NCBI GenBank assembly: GCA_048772705.1
Contig: JBLWGC010000202.1
Location: 186,001-250,000 of the forward strand
DNA: 64,000 bases
Reading direction: 5' to 3'
Origin: Leidyana gryllorum EB-2025a
Lineage: Eukaryota; Protista; Apicomplexa
Under the pieces are notes generated by a model. The model saw only the letters and a program-made list of their open reading frames with translations, was not told the origin of the DNA and searched no databases. This document shows, in pieces, positions 23,600 to 34,800 of this stretch. Position 1 is the stretch's first letter. Every line of letters starts with the position of its first letter. The position numbers and the translations under genes are program-made.

Positions 23600-25405
23600 G
23601 TCCTCCCTATAACGCGAAATCTTTGCAACAGAATGTTCCAAAGTTCTGGTCAACCCGCCCATGTCTCTTGTCCGCAAAGTGTCACCACCAAAGTAAACCA
23701 CGTTAGTGACAGATCTAATTCTATTCTATCGCTACACGATTTCTAAACTCAATCCCTGGCCTGCAATGGACGCTGGCGTGGTACAACCGGTCAAGTGGCC
23801 ACCAGCATCATGACTTTGCAGGACATTATTTGTATTTACGCCAGTAAAGGCGAGTAATTCCTGCGTATCGGCAGACGCGATACTGACGCTCATCTGTTGG
23901 TCACTCGACCTTCGACAGTTTTCGGTGTACTCATCTGGTTCGAGGCATCATCTCTGCTTTCGCCCACTGGACGCTCTCGATCCCCGCTACGTAAAGGAGG
24001 CAGACACTGGCTGTTCCGAACCAGCGCTTGACAGACAATGCCACGCACGTTGAACGCGTTTTGCTGACCGCGAGACCCATTCTCCGACCCTATCTTGCCG
24101 ACTGGGAGCATTGTACACATACACAGTGGTGAGAGACTCTGCAGCCCGCACTGGCGGCAATGGGGACATCAAAGAGTGATGTATCTCCCTAGAGTACACC
24201 TTTGTTGAGTGACTCACTTTACCTCAAACGCTATCCGGCTCAAACGGCGGCTTTGATCACACCTTCTCTGTGAATGTCGACGGGGGTAAAGCACTGATTG
24301 ATGCTGCTCTGCCCCTGTTCAGTTGTACCATCTTCGGCTCTGCCTCGGGTCCTTTGATTCGTACCAGCCTCTAAGCGTTCCGTCACTGATTCCGGTTCCT
24401 CAATTGGGTGGTATCCACTCTCTACATAGCTGTGTTGTCCGGCCAGGAGTACTTTTCTGTGCGGGAGGCGTCTGGTCTCGGGCTCGGGTGAGAAATTGGT
24501 TTTTTGGATGGCGAGTGGATCAAATAATGTTGAAGCGGGTCTCTCGACTGTTCTGAGCCCAATCAACTGATTCATTTGCCCATATCACTCCGTCACTCCA
24601 GCACCCCGGAGCCTTTGTCGCATCCGTTGCATGCAGCTACGGCCCGCTTCCATAGACAGTCTAGTTCTCTTCTTGCTGAACGAAGGTTTGATTTAATCGC
24701 ACGCCGGAACCCGGAGCCTGGCGTGAGACGCATCATCGGTCAGGGTGTCTCTCAATGACATTCCTCCTCAGAGCATGAGACGCGATTTTGCGGCAGGCGA
24801 TCCTAACACTTATATATTGCTCTCTCGATTTTGTGGACAGTTGTGGGTGTACTCTTCTCGCCTCAGACACCGTCTCCGCTCTCACACGCGGGACGCTCTG
24901 GACTTCCTTCTGTAGCGAAGGGAGGCATCGACTCTTCTGAACCAGTTTTACCCCAGTCTTTCTACCCAATCTTGCGGCAATGTACACATGTACAGTGGTG
25001 AGAAGACTCTCTGCAGCCCTCACAGTGAAGAAGAATGGAGATGAGGACATCATAAAGTGCCCTAACGTTTGTTGAGTGACTCAATTCACGACAGTAATGC
25101 CCTCCCGTGCATTCGTTCAGCGCCGGTCGACTCTGCGGCTGTCCCCCTCAATTGGGCAAAATTCGAACTCTTCTCAATATTGACCACAGCCGGCGCCAAG
25201 CCATGTGGAGCTGTCTTAAATTGATGTCGGGCCGGAGATAATTACTCTGTAGACCCAGGGCGAACTTTGAGGAGTCCACTGTTTAGGTACATTCCTCCGT
25301 TATTTACAATGGTAGCTGGGGGCCGAAGAGGTGATCAATCTATTTTCTACTGATTAGACAAGTCTGAATTGGACAGCTTTTTTGGTCGCAGACGAGGCTG
25401 TCAAC

Positions 25406-26924
25406 ATGTCATCACCACCGAGGGTCAAATACATCCCATGCCTCCAAGCCTTACGAGTACTCTTCTCCAGCCTGATTGCGTACTCTCACATCTACTACCC
25501 CTCCATGGCTCCTTTCGACAAACGAGACGGGTGGGAGGGGCCGCATGGTGTCACCTTCTTCCTGATGACGTCAGGCCTCCTAGGTTTCAGAGCTCTGTAC
25601 CGTGACTTCAAGACTAATTCACTATTTCTCGGGAGTGTACGATTTCTAGTTGCCCGAATCCCACCAATGTTTGCCTTTACCCTAATCACCCACATTCTCT
25701 TCTTCGTGTTGCGAGCTCGTGTTGATCGGCCGCAACGATTTTCTGATTACTTTAGTTGGAAGAGAAATCCATTGACAGCCTTCTGGGCTGTCAGGACGGA
25801 CAGCGAAGATGTTTTGGATCGAGTTTACCACCTTAATCCTATCTATTGGTATCTCGGCCACATTACTTTCTGCTGGCTCCTCTCCCCCATACTAGCTCAC
25901 TTATTCATCCACCTCCTCAAGTTCAGCAAGGCCCGCGTGCTCGCAGCCATCGCTGTAATTGGCCTCATTGACCTCTCCTTGTATCTTCGGGTGCCTTATG
26001 GTAAGTAATTCGGAGTTCAACGCGACATGCAGCTCCCTCAATGAGTGCCCTCTCCGATTTTATTGCACAAAGGCCAAGCTGCCGGTTGGAGAGACTGGTG
26101 TGCTGGCCGATCTACTGCGCACAGTGCGCGTCTCGATGGAATGGTACCACACTGATTACAGGTGCAGTGTTCCATTTCATAGTGTGGGAGGTGATGAACT
26201 TATCGCTATTGCTGCAGAGCCCGTGCCCTATTGGAGAAAAGTGGCAATCTACCTGGGAACCAGTTCTTGGATCTGTAAATATGTAGCCGGATTGATGCTG
26301 GGATGCTACGAAATTGCAATTTCTTCAACTGAGTGGGAGTCAGGGGGTCGTCTTCCGTTCTATCAAGCGCATTCCTTTGACGTGGTGATCGCTGTTGCCC
26401 TTCTCATTCAATTCACCGCCCCCGTTGTCAAATGGAGTCCTGGAGGTTTTATGGCTGAGCCCACATGGGCTTTTGGTCCTACATGCCTGCTTGGCCTGAT
26501 GGTGTTGGTGAGCGGGTGGGGATGTAAGCGATCGCCCGCTTTCCGTTTCTTGGAGTCGCGGTGGCTGAATCAAGTGGCTTCGGGCAACCTCCCCTTCCTG
26601 GTGTACTGCTTGCACAATCCAGTCATATGGGGGTTGAATGGGTTCAGATCTAAAGCCCACGTGGGTCACTTGACAGGGTATATGGTACTGTACGTGGTCT
26701 CTATGGCTACCGATCTGATCATCTATACACCGCTCCACCAAGTGTGTAAGCGTTTGGCGGACTGGTTGGTCACAGCTCGTCCTGACCCGCTGTTGGTTTC
26801 GGAGCGTCCTTTCCATCCCACTTCGACTGGTTGTTCAGACTTGGTAACTTGTCAGGTAAGGGCTCGCCAGCTAGACGACCCATTCCCAATCCACGCACCC
26901 AGTTCTGGAGAGCTTCGAAGGTGA
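25406..26924 (+). CDS. Acyltransferase-3 family protein, divergent paralog C
   Basis: YIPCLQALR-x10-H, GVTFFLMTSG, WYL, YCLHNP; intron 26001-26217 at the same position and phase as in copy B. Confidence 0.85.
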
Positions 26925-28220
26925 ACCCTCCCCTAAAGTGGATAATTAGAGAGTGGTTCCAACCCCTGTGACGAACAATTTTGATTTACCTGTGAATGCG
27001 ATAGAAATTCTTGGCCTTGCTGATGACCACCACCGCAGGCCATCCGAACTCCAAGCGCAGAGCCCTTTCCCATTTCAAGTTGTTTCCGCCTGTATCGGAT
27101 CATTCACATATTACGAATGATATTTACGATTTGGGAGACAACTTTACCTTCGAGCCATAAGTACTTAATGGGATATTCAGCTTCCGCAGTCATCACCTGC
27201 TTGAGAGTTTTGAGGTATTTCTTCCTCTCAGCAGCCGAGCTGTCTAGAATGTGGGGCAATACGGCCACAATACAAAGTTTCTCTTCGCAGAGCTCATCAA
27301 ACTGGTTTTGGCTGGTGAGCTGAATGGGCTTCAGAGAAGTCCCAGCCGCTTTGAGGGCAAACTGGGTCAATGGTGCCAAGTCACGTCCTCCGTTGTATGG
27401 CTGTGCTTTGTTCGGCGACTTCTTGCCCGCAGGGAACAGCAGAAGGGTAGGGTATCCTTGGATTCCAAACTTCTGGGCCAACGCCTGCTCAACTGTAGCG
27501 TCCACCTCGGCAATCTTGATTTTGTCGCCGACTTCTTTGGCCAACTCTTTCCAAGTTGGTTCCAGAGCTTTACAATGCCCGCACCACGGTGCGTAGAATT
27601 TGACAAACCACGCATTCTCAGTATCAGCCATCAAAAGGTCCTCGAACGTCTCCGCTGTGAGCTTAATGACCTTTCCAGCCGGAGGGCTCTTCTTTGTGCT
27701 CCGTTTCGGGGTGACATTGAATTTCTTCATGCGATCTTTCACGACGTTCTGCATCTTCGGGAATATCCAGTCGATCAGTTCGGCGGCCCCTTGCTGCTGT
27801 TTCTCTGGCACAGCTTCGACATTCCCATCCAAATAGAATTTCAACGCGTTCCGCTTCGAAACGCCCCCCTGTTCCACAGCGTACACAGACACCATATCTT
27901 GCAGCACTTTGGCAGCGCTGGTGACGGTTTCCGCCAATGCCTATGTATTAATCGGGGCTGCATCCCACATGAGGTAACACAATCCTCACCTGATTTGATT
28001 TATGGGGGTCTTCTTCATCGTAGAAATGCACCAAGACAGGACTTTTTCTGGGTCGATACTCAATACAATGCGAACGGAAGTGTACCTCCACTTACCCTGC
28101 CTCTTCTATGCGGTCCTTGAACTCGCGTGTAGATAGCTCAGTCACCGAAACACCCTTTTGTCCGCTTGGGTAGAGCGCTAGCGCACTGCCAACCCATAGT
28201 GCCCAGGGTAGAAGCAGCAT
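26770..28220 (-). CDS. Protein disulfide isomerase, PDIA6/P5-like
   Basis: Signal peptide MLLLPWALWVGSALA; thioredoxin domain WFVKFYAPWCGHCK; P5-type b domain (LCIVAVLPHILDSSAAER, FGWPAVVVI); C-terminus KWDGKDA...QDEL; four short introns. Confidence 0.9.
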
Positions 28221-28451
28221 GGTGTATTTTGGATACTTTATCTATTAGGCTGGAGATAACCCCAGAAGTATTGATGGATTGCTGGGCTACGAGATGCGGA
28301 GTTGAAACGAAACTACTATTGAGACGCGAGCTGGGGATCGATGAAGGCGAGTTCGGGTGTGTCTCGATAGTAATCTTTGTCTCAGTCTAACGTTCGCAGT
28401 TTGGAGTTCATTTAGGACCACAAGCACACGTCAACCATCAACGCAGACACT

Positions 28452-28836
28452 TCACTTCTTTCCAGAGTTGGCAGCAGCCTCAATCTGGGCGGGAGTGCGG
28501 AGCTTTCTAGCGGCGACCGACCGGGTACGGACGATACGGGAGTGAATAGCGCAGCTAACGCAGTATATCTGCTTGATGTACAACTTGGGCAAGTTGTAGG
28601 CTGGAATGGTAGAGAATAGTTTGATGGCCAGTCCCTATGCATTTTCACTTACATTGCTGGTAGACAGAGGCCTCCTTAATATCGTTACGCGAAGACTGGT
28701 CGACGATGTTGCGAACGTTGAAGCGCTTGATGGCCTTGTCCTTGGGCACGCAACGGCCGCAGTTCACGCAACGGATGCTGCGGGTGTGTCCGCAGTGCTT
28801 CTTGGAGCGGCCGTTGTTTCTTCTCTTGGAGGGCAT
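28452..28836 (-). CDS. RPS26: 40S ribosomal protein S26 (eS26)
   Basis: [13 protein letters not shown]...[18 protein letters not shown]; exon 2 [25 protein letters not shown]. Confidence 0.97.
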
Positions 28837-29047
28837 GGTCCAGACTAGAAACTTGGGTCCCTTATAGACTCCAATGCACGCAAAAAAACCTCCCTCGGGC
28901 CTGAAAAGTCTGAGGCTGGGGTGTTATGTCCTTGCCTTCGGCAATCAAAAAGTGACCATTGCAACATGCATGTCCTCTCTCACACGGGTCATCACGGGCG
29001 GCGCCCACTCTTTAGACAGACACACAGATACCAATTGCATCCACACG

Positions 29048-32000
29048 TCAATCTGTCATGGTGAGTTTGCTGCGCGCATAGCTCATAATCTGTTGGAGGG
29101 ACCGGCGAGGTCCTTCCAATACTTGAGGGTCAATCCAGCCACCGGCGACCACTTCGCCTGCAATGGTTCCATTTTCAGTATAGAAAGTCTCCTTGTCAAG
29201 CGCGTTATATCTAATCGCGCGAGCTATTCTGATTTCGCTCTTCCGTTTAAGCCGCTGGGCGGGGTCAAAGTACGCATCAGTATAACGCGCAAATCGGGCC
29301 CGCGCTTCGCCCTTCGACAGTCCAACGTTCGCCAAGTCGCACGTTGGAAGTTTAATCTCGGTCCGCAACTTCTGAGCAGCCTCGAGGAAGAGCCACAGTG
29401 CGCGCTCCGCTTGGGGGGACAACAGTCCCCAGTCCAACGCCTGATATATTTCCTGAATGACCGCCACCGGTGTTGTGATCAGCTCCTCGAAGTAGACGTT
29501 CATGAAGAACGATTGGGGAGGTTGCAAAGTAGGGTGACTTTGTATGAACCGCACCGCTAGACGATCTTGATAATTCATGGCTTTGTCCATCATGCGTGCC
29601 ATCACATCCAGTCCCCGCGGTCCGATCCGGGGAGCATCAACGGATTGCAAATAGGCGCCCTGCATCATCAACTCCAGCCCTACCCAACTCGTCAGCGCAC
29701 TCACAGGCCGCCTGCAAACAGGTGTTCGACACAAGATCCATCATCCCAACCACTTACCTATGCAGGAAGAGCAGTTCAGCGTCGGGGTAGGTCTCGAAGA
29801 GAGTTTCGATGGTAAGAAGATGCCATGGGAGCTTGAACACCCAACGTTTGCCAGGCCTTTGATACTCGAGATGTTGGAAGAAGCGTTTGTGGAAGCGGTA
29901 CGCGCGGCGAAGTGCTTCGCAGTCATCCTTCACGAGCCATTCGTAAAGATTTGGTGCATTGTATCCTGCGCACAGCGAGTAAGACCGTCCAAGCATTTCA
30001 AACACTACAATCTCCTCTTCGTAACTGGTACTCTCTCGGTGGTGCATTATCCCAAAGTTGGCCAACGATGAGCCTCCCGTTTGCAACTTCACCAGCTCAT
30101 CTGCCGCTTTTCTTCGCGGATCACCCTTCCAAGTCGCAGCATCGTTGTCTGTCAACCCAACTGGACGATAATCACCCTTCTCTCCATATGGCAACAGCAT
30201 TTCCAGGAGTACCGGACAGCGATTGTGTTTGCTGTCTTGAGCCAAGAGCTGATGAGTGAAAGTCGTACCAGCGCGATTCAATCCAACGATGAATGTGGGC
30301 GCTCGGATCTTCACCTCTAGGATTTCCGGGCATTCCTTCTCTCGTTCCCGCATGTACAACATGTTGGTCAAGTACACAACGGCAGTTCGAGCCGCTGCGC
30401 ACCTGGCGGCAAAACGAACTGGCGTCTTCTCCATCGTGTCCAGCTCGATCAGGAACCGACGCCATCCCTCCTCTGCCAAGAGTCCGTCCTCCCCCAAGTC
30501 CGACAGGCCCCCCGACGTGAGCTTGGCCTCTTCGAAAATCGCTTCCCAACTTTTGAGTGTTCCATGGGAGTCCTCCAAAAAGAATCGCTCGTGAAGCAGA
30601 GATCGAATTGCTCTCGCCCCATAAGATTTCCAGGACTCCCATTGTGATGGATCGACCAACGGGTCGCCTTCATCTCTATTCATTTGCAAGTCGTGCTGCA
30701 AGTGTGTAGTCGACACGACCACTCGACGATCCGTAGACAGCCTTTGTACTGCAAAAACGGGTGTGGAGGAGGGTTAGTCACCAGGAATCAATTGACAAGG
30801 ACGCAACAACTATGCAAGTATTGCATCATGCACTGTGCGCGGTGTGCGACGGTCTCGCACAAAACGCTTCGAGCAACCATCATGGTGCTCACGCGTGCAT
30901 CGTGCGAGCCATTCATTAATTGATGAAGAGCATTTCAAAGGGCAGCGTGGGTTGACTGGCTTACCAACAGCATCAACATCATCAATGAGGTCGTGAATTA
31001 CGCTGAGGCTCCCTCTTTGGCGCACTGCATTGGTGAATTCGGCCCAGGAAGTCGGCTTGAGGTATAGTCCCAACTTCTTGAGTACAGCCAAGAAATTCTC
31101 GCTGTGGATTGAGAGAGTGTCATTTAAGGTCTGAAGGTTACTTACCTATTTAATTGTCGCTGAATGCGTTCGTCAAAAACATGATAGACCCAATAGATAC
31201 GTTTGTTTCCGAAACTCAGAGTGATCTGATGAGAGAAGATAGGAGTTATGAATGCTGACGGTGCTGTAGTACGAATAGCTTACGGCATCGCGGACCGCCA
31301 AGTCGATCGGCTGGCAGTAGAGTGCCAAGAGATAAGAAGGAATGTCCGGAAAGAGGCCTTTTTGAACAAATGATTTTAGTAATTGCCAGGCGAAGGGGGG
31401 TCGCTGCCGCTCGATTGCAGTGTTATCATAGGACTCAGTGAACACATAGGGGGGCAGCCGGTAGATGGTTACTGCATAGTTCAATTCGGTCTTTGCGTAC
31501 TTGAGGATAGCTTCGATAGCCCCACTGCACCACGCATTACAGCTGATAGTGTTAGAGTATGGTGAGAGAGAAGAACGACGACATAGCTCGGTTAGGTTGT
31601 CAATGTGGCTTTCTACAATGTTGACGTTCGAATTGTCGGACGCTCGTGGGTGGAGGAACTCTGAAAGGTGTAGGAGGGAGGTGAAAGCGTAGATATGCTT
31701 TTGGCGGACACGGGAGGCCAGCATGAAGACATTTGACCAACAGTGGACAGTGACATCTGCACTCTGCGTATAGAAGGCAGTCTTTGCAGTGTCGCTTGTG
31801 GCACCGGCGTTGTCTGCGCTTGATGCCTCGTTTTGAGGAGAGGGTGTCTCAATGGCGGGGGGAGCAGTCAAGCTTTTGTGGTCCATATTGCTGTAGGCGA
31901 CCGCAACATAGATAGCCTCGACCCTCGTAGCCAATTTGTCAAACTCTGTGTCTTGTAATCCGAAGCCAGGCTGTGTTACATCCCCTGGCCAAGCACGTAC

Positions 32001-32846
32001 TTTGCTCAGTACTGCGGTCTTCTGCGCCTCATCCTTGACGAGGGGCTCCAGAGCAGCTTCGAGTCGGGTTTTGGCGGCTTCATCGTTGTTGGCACGCACC
32101 ACACAGTGGATCGTGAATGATGTGGACTCGTGTTGCAGTGCCAAGTATTTGACCAAAAGTGATCCAATGCGTCCGGTGGCCCCGAGAACCAGAACCTGAG
32201 TGATCTTTTGAGGTTTAACGAGTTTCCGCAGGCCGTCTTTATCCAGTAGAGGAATGGCTTCTATCAACTGCTCACAACTTCGGATCGGATGGGGCCCAAA
32301 ATGGAATCGCTGAAGGGCTGACATACTTGAAGGCGGTTCCCCCGAGGATGCAGCCGCCGTTCTTCCACTGTTCCCCTGTGCCACTCCCGCCTCGAACACT
32401 TGCAGATGATCACCAGTCCCTACCTCCCCGTGACCTCCGCCGGAGGCAGACCTCCTGATGGGACTGCTAGCACTCAAACTTTCAGTAGCCATGATCTCCT
32501 CCTCACTTTCCGAGCCCCCCATGGCTTCAGCCCGACCATTGTCGCCTTCAGCATCCCTGGGGGCACTCTCAAGTGAAGAGGGCTGATCGACGTCTCCGTC
32601 TGCATCATCGCCGGGGAGGGCAGCCGGGAGGGCGGTGCTGCAGGGAGACTCCTGATCAGGGCCGTTTGCGGACCCGGAGGGAACGGTATCTCCCGGATTA
32701 TGTATCTTGATGGACACTTGGGGTGGTGGTTCACAGTCGTTCAGGAACTCCTCCATGTCAGACATAGATTCGGAGGACTCGGAAATGTCAAATGTTGCTT
32801 TGGGGAAGGCGGAAAGCTGCGTGGAGTCGGTAGGTTCTCCTCTCAT
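29048..32846 (-). CDS. Fusion protein: thioester-reductase-like (NAD_binding_4/extended SDR) domain plus Sulfotransfer_3-type sulfotransferase, ~1168 aa
   Basis: VLVLGATGRIG, IHCVVRA, GDVTQPGFGL, IYRLP; then FIVGLNRAGTT (5'-PSB), WVFKLPWH, HR|RPVSALTS (3'-PB). Four canonical introns (31226-31283, 31102-31145, 30749-30892, 29712-29757) give one 3507-nt frame. Confidence 0.85.
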
Positions 32847-32912
32847 CCCTGACTCCCTGCTCACTGACTTTCACTCAAATTTCTTAACACTTCTTCTCTT
32901 TCCTGCCCACTG

Positions 32913-34428
32913 ATGACTCAAAGTGGTCCGAACGTGCGAGAATTCCGCACCTCGTCGGGTGTCTATGAGTCCATCGAGGTCTTGGGCAAAGGTACCTATG
33001 GCTGCGTGTACAAAGTGCGCAGTAAAGCCGATCCCTCTATTCTTAAAGCAATCAAAGTCTTTGTGCCCGAAACTATCGATGAGAATGAAGGCGTTCCCAG
33101 TACTACTCTGAGGGAAGTTAACGCTGTCAAAACTGTGAACCACCCCAATGTGATGACCGTGGAGGAGGTCGTTATACCGCCCTCCTCCGCGGTTGCTGAA
33201 ATGTTTGTTGTAATGGAGCTCTGTCGTGGAACCCTGAAAGAAAAGATACAGGACATGGTCAAACGCCATCTGGGCGATGACCAAAAGTACTGCAGACCGC
33301 AGCCTGGAGTCAGACTGCCCACATCGTATGTTCAGGAGGCCAAATTGGTTGCCTGGCAGTGCCTGAATGCTGTAGCTGTGTGCCACTCGAGAGGCATCAT
33401 GCATCGAGATCTCAAGCCTGCCAACATATTGTGGAGCGCCGACGATCTTTTGAAAATTGGCGACTTTGGCCTCGCGCGCTTCGTCCGTGGCAACCCGATC
33501 ACTGAGGACCACCTCGTGCCCCAAACCGGGGAGGTTCAAACAATGTGGTATCGAGCCCCTGAGGTCCTCCTCGGCGATGAACGCTACGGTATGCTGGTGG
33601 ACGATTGGAGCTTGGGCTGCGTTGTCGCCGAACTGTTCCGCTTCCGACTGTCGTCAGCACACAGACGAGTGGAACCGGACCCTCTCTTCTCGGGTCGCGG
33701 CGACATACACACTCTCTTCCTCATTTTCGAGGCTCTGGGGACGCCAGTGGATGACGAGTACCTCAAAGAGTAAGCGCCGCGCATCGGCTCCCTCACTGCG
33801 ACCCTCCCTGGAGACGCCGGGCTGCGTCCAGCCGATCCCACTCATTCCTCCCAACCTGAAAAATGGATGCGTCCTCTGACTCTGTGATGATAGGCTACCG
33901 TTCTGGTCCCCCTGTTTCCCGAAGTGGGTCCCGGGCAATCTCCGACAAAAGTTGCGCCTGCTGGATGACGACGGATTGGACCTGGTGTACAAATTGTTGA
34001 AGATCTCGCCTCGCGACCGCAAGGCGTGTCGGTTTCTGCTGAATCACCCGTGGTTCAACGACGTCAAAGAGACCATTCACAAAAAGTATGTGCCGTGGTA
34101 TGCCGGGTACGAGAAGGAGTACCTGCGATTGTTGGAAATCGATCGGATGCCGGAAGCTCGGCCGCTGGACTCCAGCGGCCAGCCAACGAAAGTGGAGACA
34201 ACAACGACGAGCGCATCATCGTCGAACAATATCAGTCGGGAGACATCTCAAGCTCAGCAGCAGCGTCGGAAACGGGATCGAAGTACCTCCGCGAAGGGAC
34301 GTGATCAAGAGAATCGCCGACCTTCACAGGCACAAGTCGTCGCTGGGGCTGTAGCGGGGGCCACGAAACGGAACTACTCTGCTGGAAGTCGTGCGAGTGC
34401 GAAGAGTGGCCAGTCGAAAAATGGGTGA
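32913..34428 (+). CDS. Cyclin-dependent kinase-related kinase
   Basis: GKGTYG, EGVPSTTLRE (PSTAIRE-like), HRDLKPAN, DFGLAR, TMWYRAPE; intron ~33770-33893; basic disordered tail. Confidence 0.92.
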
Positions 34429-34800
34429 GTGTCGCACAAAGTGAGAGTGTGTACTCATCTTCGAGTCCACGTACGTTCTGTCATATACAATCGCTTTTGT
34501 TCTCATCAGCATACAGACCTTTCTGAAGCCCAAATAGATCTGACCCAAAATGGGTATGTTGAGATTCTCGGATCATCAAAGCTTCCATTCTTGTCGCTGA
34601 GTGCCGGGAGGTCCGCCCAAATTCCGACGCCGCCTCATCTGGGCGGAAAGGCCAAATAGTTAGCAGCGAGCCGATCCCTCAGCTTACGATTATGACCGTC
34701 GGCACCAGTGCTGCGGCATATACCAGGAGGCCGAGCAGATAGGACCAAAAAGTTGCTCGCATAGTCTCTTGGTCCAAAGGAATGTGGAAGCCAATCTCTT

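Larger units (their letters stand above)
20420..24545 (+). repeat. Tandem segmental duplication of the AT3 unit (copy A ~20420-22040, copy B ~22040-24390, 5' remnant ~24400-24545)
   Basis: Long near-identical blocks, e.g. 20750-21100 vs 22370-22700 and 21175-21745 vs 23518-24115; upstream motif CTACTCTCTACAT...CTGTGCGGGAGGC recurs near 20441, 22054 and 24415. Confidence 0.9.

Noticed and set aside
24122-24128. CACAGTG at the end of the inverted segment, like an RSS heptamer or Transib terminus
   Set aside because: No nonamer at 12/23 spacing, the other end matches only CACAG, and there is no target-site duplication or transposase.
27251-28120. Long antisense ORFs (289 aa here; also 32871-33539, 39744-40490, 57732-58538)
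   Set aside because: Shadow frames of well-supported genes on the opposite strand, with no motifs of their own.
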